From assembly GCF_009914755.1 (NCBI RefSeq), contig NC_060934.1: a stretch of 64,000 bases of DNA; one strand, written 5' to 3'. Numbering within the stretch: the first letter of the stretch is position 1; each line of letters starts with the position of its first letter. Under the pieces are notes generated by a model that worked only from the letters and a program-made list of their open reading frames with translations, had not been told where the DNA came from and did no database searches. This DNA comes from the human T2T-CHM13v2.0 reference genome, Homo sapiens. A program made the translations under genes and the position numbers. Of this stretch, positions 54,886 through 64,000 are shown piece by piece.

Positions 54886-55619
54886 TCAGCTTGTTAGGTT
54901 TCTTTCTTTTCTTCACCATAGATGATGAGATTTTCAGTCTCATAAGATACATGTTTAACTGAGCTTTTGTTACCTTTAGTTTTCCAAAGGTTGAATGAGG
55001 TAAAAAAATGAGTAAATCAATTCCTCATCTGTAATTGGAGACAACTGGACCAGCTGATCTCTAGCTTTGACTCTAACATTTAAGAATTCCAGTATCAGGG
55101 AGTTTTAGGGAACTGAACATCTATAGTGAAACCTATTACACACGTGAAAAGTTAAACTTATGGATAAATATCATCCCCAAATCACTGGAGACATTCAGGG
55201 TCAGAGTGTCAGGGTGAACGCACATCTTCTTTGTGTATTACATCCTGTCTGTTTTCTACTTAATTTCTTGAAGGGTGAAATAATTGATGCTATCCAGAAA
55301 ACATATGCTTGCCTATTTGTGCATATCATTACAATGTCTTTTAATATCACCATTTATTTTGTCCCTACCCATTACTTTGAGGAAACCTAAAAATCCTAGA
55401 AAATTAGAGCTTCAATGACATTTAGAAATAATCTCATCTCTCTTCAATGTTTTTTTTAAGTGGCAGAAGAGTTTACGCCCAAGTTAGTCCTCATTAAAAC
55501 ACCTGTTCTCCATTTCACCCCCGACCCAACACACACAGTTTACCTTCCTTATTAACTGTTTCACACTTTCATACAATTTCATAGGATCAATAAAATAGTT
55601 TTCATATAATAAAAAGTTT

Positions 55620-55736
55620 GGCTGGGCGCGGTGGCTCGCGCCTGTAATCCCAGCACTTTGGGAGGCCGAGACAGGCGGATCATGAGGTCAGGAGATCAAG
55701 ACCATCCTGGCTAACACGGTGAAACCCTGTCTCTAC

Positions 55737-55764
<28 letters not shown>
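55620..55764 (+). mobile_element. Left-monomer-only AluY with poly(A)
   Basis: AluY left arm ends at ctctac, then A28; TSD aaaaagttt. Confidence 0.9.
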
Positions 55765-55769
<5 letters not shown>

Positions 55770-56197
55770 AGCATTCTGATTCTGCAGATGAAGTAGCTGA
55801 GACTTAGATTAAAGTAAGTCAAGCATTTAGTTGAGACCAAAGTCATGAAAAGAATCCAGGTTTTCTGATTCTCATGGTAAGATATTTCTTAGAATTATAC
55901 ATTGTCAAATATGCAAAGGCACCTTCAACTCGTCGATTAAAAAAATTTTGTAAAGTCTATCCATTTTAGAATTAGCTAATACTGTAAGAAAAAATCTGAT
56001 AATATTTCTTTAGAAGTTGATTTCCCCCCAAACAAACAAACAAAACAGAAACAAACAAAGAGGGCTACAAATGTAAAAATCTGTGTCCTGCTACACTTCA
56101 GAATCATACCCAGCTGAAAACTGTAGTTACATTTGGGCAAGAGGCAAGGTCTAAGAGAACATTAAAAATAAAAATATTATATGAAATGCTTACAGAG

Positions 56198-56496
<299 letters not shown>

Positions 56497-58397
56497 GTGC
56501 TTACAGAGAATGCATTCCAGCATCCCTCATGAAATAGAGATGATTTTTTTTTTTTTTTGCCAAGATCCCCTTCAGTCACTGATCTCTATTCCTCCAGTCT
56601 GCATGTAGTGATTCCCAACCAACTCACAGGCAATATCTGTTTCACAAAATCTGGATGGTAGAGCTGACAGAGGGTGGCGCTCTAATATGCACCATCACAC
56701 TAGACACACTGACATTTGCCCACAAGTCCCAAGAGAATTGCCAGATTCCCATTGCCTTCAGATTTTCCTTAAAAAAAAAAAAAAGCAAAGTAATACAGGA
56801 AAAGCTGCCAGTCCCATCTCACAATCTTTCCAGAGTCCCTTCCCTGGATTCTTGAATGCTTTGAGATGAACACTGTGTAGACGAAAACACTCAGATTCTT
56901 CTTGGCTTGGGTTCTTTCTGTGGCAAAGGCTAGACCTGAACAGCCAGTAACAGATGCTGGAAAATGTTCACCCAAAGCCCAAGACTTTGATTCTTCAAAA
57001 CCCGCACAGTATGTAGCCTGTGTGAAGTTAATTCAATTATTAGAAACTTAGTATAGAAAAAAATCTAAAGTTGGCTCACTAGAAACAGGTAGTGTGCTTG
57101 GCTGTCATGGAGAAAAATGAAAGTAGTGAGTAAATACATATTCAACTGAAACAACCAGGTGCTCACATTGGGACTAATCAAGAGAACAACTCAGTCCACG
57201 GAGAACAGAGAAAAGCAAGGCAGAATGACGGTCCACCAGGGAGCAACACAAAGCCAGGGTAACCTCCCCCGCCCAGGGAAGCAGCGGGTGAGTGTGTGAC
57301 TCTGGGAACCCACGCTTCTCCCGTGGATCTTTGCAACCCTCGAGTCAGAAGATCCCCATGTGAACCCACTCCACCATGGCCTTTAGTCTAACACACAGAG
57401 CTAAGTGGGGGCTTAGCAGAGCAGCCACTCGAGCACATGCAGAGACGTGGGAACCTTAGATACTCGGGCTTTCTGAGCTTCCCGGCAAAAGCAGCTGAAA
57501 CTCTGGCAAAGCAGGAGGTTAGACCCTCATATACACCCTCAGGAAAAGGCTGAATCCAGGGGAATGAGTAGCATTCATCTTCAGGCCCTACTCCCACAAC
57601 ACATCAGGATAAGACCTGCTGATGCGGAACTCCAGCCAGCCACTGGTAGCAACAATTGCACCTCACTGAGCTGGAGCTCCTAGGGTTGGGGGGTGGGGTA
57701 GGGGTTGCCATATTGGCTGTGTGGCAGACTTAGCTTTTTCAGCCTTCGGGCTTTGGAAAGACCAAGGTAACCAGGGGCTGAAGTGGATCTCCAGAACAGC
57801 ACAACTGCTCTATGAAAACGTGACTAGACTGCTTTTTAAAGAAGGTCCCTGATCCTGTTCCTCCTCACTGGGTGGGGCCTCCCAAACCAGGGTCTCCAGC
57901 CACCCTCAGTGGTGTTCACTGGCCAACAGAGGTTTCAAACCTCCCTGAGACAGCTCCCAGAGGGAGGGGTGGGCCACCAACTTTGCTGTTTTGGTGACTT
58001 AGCTGTCCTGCCCTTTGGGCTTTGGAGAGACATAGGTGACCAGGGGCTGAATCAGACCCCTGGCACAGCACAGCTGCTATACAAAAATGTGATGACAGCT
58101 GCTATACAAAAACATGGCCAGACTGCTTTTTAAGCGGGTCCCTGATCCAGTTCCTCTTCACTGTGTGGGGCCTCCCAACCCGGATCTCCAGCTACCTCCT
58201 ACAGGTGCATTTGAGCTGGCAATGGGTCCATACCTTCCTGGGACAGAGCTCCCAGAGGGAGGGGCAGGCAGCCATGTTTGTGGTTTTGCAGCCTTCGCTG
58301 TTGATCCCTCCAGGTACTGGAAAACCCAAGTTGACTAGGAACTGGAGCGGACCCCCAACATACCACACAGCAGCCCTATTAAAAAGTGGCCAAACTG

Positions 58398-59041
<644 letters not shown>

Positions 59042-60214
59042 TCACTGGCCACCCCCGACTAGGGCTATTGAGCCAATAGCAGCTCTGTAACTTCCTGGAC
59101 AGAGCCCCCAGGGGTAACTGAAAGCCTCTATGCCACTGACTCTGCAGTGGAACTGCCCTTGCTACCCTCCAACAAACAAAAGAGCAAAGACCCTAAGTGC
59201 CTTATCCACACCACCAACAAGCTGCAGTCAACCCAAGAAGAGGAGGTCACTCCATCTCCCATGGATCCCCTCCAACCCCACTCATTACCAGACAGGGAAC
59301 CTGCAGGTTGGGCCCATCGCACAGACCCGCTATCCTGAGCTGATTACACTGAGCGACTGCTGACCTGCATCTCTCTGGGGTAGAGTCCCCAGGAGACATG
59401 CAAAAGACCTTTAGCCACACCACTACTAAGGTCTCTTCCTCTGCTATCTCCAAGTTAGGGAAGGAACATAAACCCTGAGATTTCCCCAGAGCTGCAGTGG
59501 GCAGCCCAAGAGTGCCAAGCTGCGATCTGCAGCCAGAACTCAAGGGGGAGAAAAGCCCACACTTTCAGAGCACTGAGAGGGAACAAGGCTGCAAAGGAGA
59601 GGAAACATGGGGAAGCCACACAACCGAGCAAGGATCTACCAACTGACAAATACACCTAAGCACCACCTACTGGATCATACCTCAAAGCCTCAGCACCAAA
59701 AATATCTTGCTAAAAACCCCACTTGCTAAAAGAAGTCAGCTTCAAATAAAAACGCTGCAGAAAACCTCGACCCTGTGAGAACATTTAGAAAAGACATCTA
59801 TTGACTGTACTTAATCTACACTGCACTTAAAGGAACACCCACATGCAGAGATGAGAAAAAACCAATGCAAAGCCTCTCGTAACTCAAGTGGCCAGAGTGT
59901 CATATGTCCTACAAGTCACCACACCAGTACTCCTCCAACAAGAGTTCTTAACCAGGCTGAGCTGGCTGGTTTTTGTATTGTCCATGAAAACTTCCCCAAC
60001 TTTGCTAGAGAGGCCAAAAGTCAAATTCAGGAAATACAGAGAATCTCTGCAAGATTCTACACCAGAAGGTCATCCACAAAACACATAATCATCAGATTTT
60101 CCAAGGTCAAAATGGAAAAAAAGAATGTTAAAGGCAGCCAGAGAAAAAAGGTAGGTCACCTACAAAGGGAATCCCATGAGGCTAACAGTAGACCTCTCAG
60201 CTAAAACCTTATAA

Positions 60215-60538
<324 letters not shown>

Positions 60539-63500
60539 ATATTCAACATTCTTAAAGAAAAAAAAATTCCTCACCACAGATTTCATATCTGGCCCAACTA
60601 ACTTCCTAAGTAAAGGAGAAATAAGTTCCTTTTCAAATAAGCAAATGTTGAGTGAGCAATGGAACACTAAGTATAGAAAGGAAATACCACTACCAGCTAA
60701 TAGAAAAACACACTTAAATACACAGACCAGTAACAGTATAAAGCAACCACAAAAACAAACCAGCATAATAACCAGCTAACAACACAATGACAGGATCAAA
60801 TCCACACATATCAATACCAACCTTGAATGTAAACTGGCTAAATGCCCCACTTTAAAGGCACAGAGTGTCAAGCTGGATGAAAAAGCAAGATCCCATGAAA
60901 TGCTGTCTTCAAGAGACCCATCTCACATGTAATGACACCTATAGGCTCAAAATAAAGAAATGGAGGAAAATCAAATAGGAAACAGAAAAAAGCAGATATT
61001 GCTATCCTAATTTCAGACAAAATAGATTTTAAACCAACAAAGATCAAAAAAGACAAAGAAGGGCATTACATCATGGTAAAGGGTTCAATTCAACAAGAAG
61101 ACCTAACTATCCCAAATATATACACACCCAACACAGGAGTACCCAGATTTATAAAGCAAGTTCTTAGAAATCTACAAAGAAACACAGACTCCCACATAAT
61201 AATAGCGGGAGACTTCAACACCCCACTGACAGTATTAGATCATTGAGGGAGAAAATTAACAAGGATATTCAGAACCTGAACTCAATATTGTACCAAATCA
61301 ATCTGATAGACCTCTACAGAACTCTCCACCCAAAAACAACAGAATATACATTCTTCTCATCGTCATATGGTGCATAACTCTAAAATCGACCACATAACTG
61401 GACATAAAACAATCCCTGGCAAATGGAAAAGAACCAAATTCATACCAAACACACTCTCAGGCCACAGTGCAATAAATGTAGAAGACTAAAAAAATTGCTC
61501 AAAACCATGAAATTACATGGAAATTATGCAACATGCTCCTGAATCACTTTTGGGTAAATAATGAAATTAAGGCAGAAATGAAGATGTTCTTTGAAACTAA
61601 TGAGAACAAAGATACAATATACCAGGATATTTGTGATACAGCTAGGGTAGTGTTAAGAAAGACATTAATTTCTGCATTAAATGCCCACATCAAAAACTTA
61701 GAAAGATCTCAAATTAACAATCTAACATCACAACTGAAAGAGAAGCAAGAACAAATCAACCATAAAGCTAGCAGAAGGCAAGAAATAACCAAAATCAGAG
61801 CTGAACTAAAGAAAATCACGACATGAAAAACTATTCAAAAGATCAATGAGTCCAGGAGTTTGTTTTTTGAAAACATTAGTAAGACAGACATGCCACTAGC
61901 TCGACTAATAAAGATGAAAGGAGAGAAGATCCAAATATACAAAATGAGAAATGATGAGGGAGGTGCTACCACCGACCCCACAGAAATAAAAATAACCATC
62001 AGAAACTACTATGAACACCTCTATGTATACAAACTAGAAATCCTAGAAGAGATGGACAAATTTGTGGACACATACACCCTCCTAAGAATGAACCAGAAAG
62101 AAATTGATTCCCTGAACAGAACAATAACAAGCTCTGATATTGAATCAGCAATAAACAGTCTACCAACCAATAAAAGCCCAGGAACAGATGGATTCACAGC
62201 CAAATTCTACCAGATATACAAGTAAGAGCTGGTACCATTCTTACTGAAACATCTCCAGAAAACTGAAGAGAAGGGACTGCTTCTCAACTCATTCCATGAG
62301 ACTAACATCATCCTGATACCAAAACCTCGCAGACACACAACAAAAAAAGAGAAAATTTTAGGCCAATATCTTCGATGAATATCAATGGAAAAATCCTAAG
62401 CAAAATACTTGCAAACTGAATCCAGCAGCACAGCAAAAGTTAATCCACCATGATCAAGTAGGCTTCACATCCAGGATACAAGCTTGGTTCAACACAGGCA
62501 AATCAATAAATGTGATTCATCACATAAATAGAACTAAAGACAAAAACCACAGGATTATCTCAATAGATGCAGAAAAGACTTTTGGTAAAATTCAACGTCT
62601 TCTATGTTAAAAACTCTCAATAAACTAGGTATTGAAGGAACATACCTCAAAATAATAGGAGCTATATATGAAAAACCCACAGCCAACATCATACTGAATG
62701 GGCAACAGCTGAAAACATTCCCCTTGTAAACCAGCACAAGACAAGGATGCCCTCTCTCACTGTTCTTATTAAACATGTTATTGGATGTCCTAGCCAGAGA
62801 AATCAGGCAAGGGAAAGAAACAGAGGGCATCCAAATAGGAAAAGAGGGAGTCAAACTGTCGCTGTTTGAAGATGACATGATTCTATACGTAGAAAACCCC
62901 ATAATTTTGGCCCCAAAGCTCCTTCAGCTGATAAACAACTTCAGCAAAGTTTCAGGATACAAAATCAATATACAAAAATCACTAGCATTCCTATACACTA
63001 ACAACAACCAAGCAGAAAGCCAAATCAGGAACACAATCCAATTCACAACTGCCACAAAAAGGATAAAATACCTAGAAATACGGCTAACCAAGGTGGTGAA
63101 ATATTTCTAGAATGAAAATTACAAAATACTACTCAAAGAAATCAGAAAAGACACAAACAAATGGAAAAACATCCCATTCTCATGGATAGGAAGAATCAAC
63201 ATCTTTGAAATGTCCATGCTGGCCAAAGCAACCTACAGATTCAATGTTATTCTTATCAAACTACCAAAGATACTCTTCATAGAAAAAACTATTTTAAAAT
63301 TCATATGGAATCAAAAAAGGGGCTCAAATAGCCCAGGCAATCTTAAGCAAATAGAACAAAGCTGGAGGCACCACATTTCCTGGCTATAAACTATACCACA
63401 GGGCTACAGTAACCAAAAGAGTGTGGTACTGGTACAAAAACAGGCACATAGACCAATGGAACAGAATAGAGAACCCAGAAATAAAGCCACACACCTATGA

Positions 63501-64000
63501 CCATCTGATCTTCCACAAAGTTGACTAAAACAAACAATAGGGAAAAGACTTTGTATTCAATAAATGGTGCTGGAATAACTGGCTAACCATATGCAGAAGA
63601 TTGAAGCTGGACCCCTTCCTTAGACTGTATATAAAAATCAACTCGAGATGGATTAAAGACTTAAATGAACAACTCGAAACTATAGAAATCTTGGAAGACA
63701 ACCTAGGCAATACCATCCTAGACATAGGAACAGGCAAAGATTGCATGACAAAGACACCAAAACCTATTGCAACCAAAGCAAACATTGACAAATTGAATCT
63801 AATCAAACTTAAGAGCTTCTTCACAGCAAAAAAGAAAAGAAAGAACAAAACTATCAACAGAATAAACAGATAACCTACAGAATGGGAGAAAATATTTGCA
63901 AACTATGCATCTGACAAAGGTCTAATATCCATTATCTATAAGAAACTTAAACAAGTGTATATAAGAGAAAAACAACCCCATTAAAAAGTGGGCAAAGGAC

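Noticed and set aside
61533-63873. ORF2-like ORFs of 90-121 aa
   Set aside because: Fragments of a disrupted L1PA15-16 ORF2.

Overview
Hominid (human or great-ape) genomic DNA that is intronic or intergenic. I recognise no host protein-coding exon, RNA gene or CRISPR array. The window is dominated by transposable elements: about 37 Alus, many MIR/L2/hAT relics, an ERV1 solo LTR, a full-length Tigger1, a near full-length ancient L1MC, an L1MA fragment and an L1PA15-16 that runs off the right edge. The central feature is a full-length minus-strand L1PA2-type LINE-1 (about 37524-43566) with open ORF1 (338 aa), ORF2 (1275 aa) and antisense ORF0 (71 aa). The most notable observation is that the 14-bp target-site duplication of this L1 (TACTGAATTTCTTT, 37510-37523 and 44031-44044) encloses an extra 464 bp of L2-containing non-L1 DNA upstream of the L1 5' end. 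This is the signature of a rare 5' transduction, and it may preserve the donor element's own insertion site. Although both main ORFs are open, they carry substitutions at functionally critical residues (ORF1 S18Y, R101P, R159H; ORF2 RT G660E). Several repeat-free stretches have clustered transcription-factor motifs and look like candidate enhancers. Repeat subfamily names and residue comparisons come from remembered consensus sequences and need RepeatMasker/Dfam confirmation. Boundaries of old repeats are approximate.
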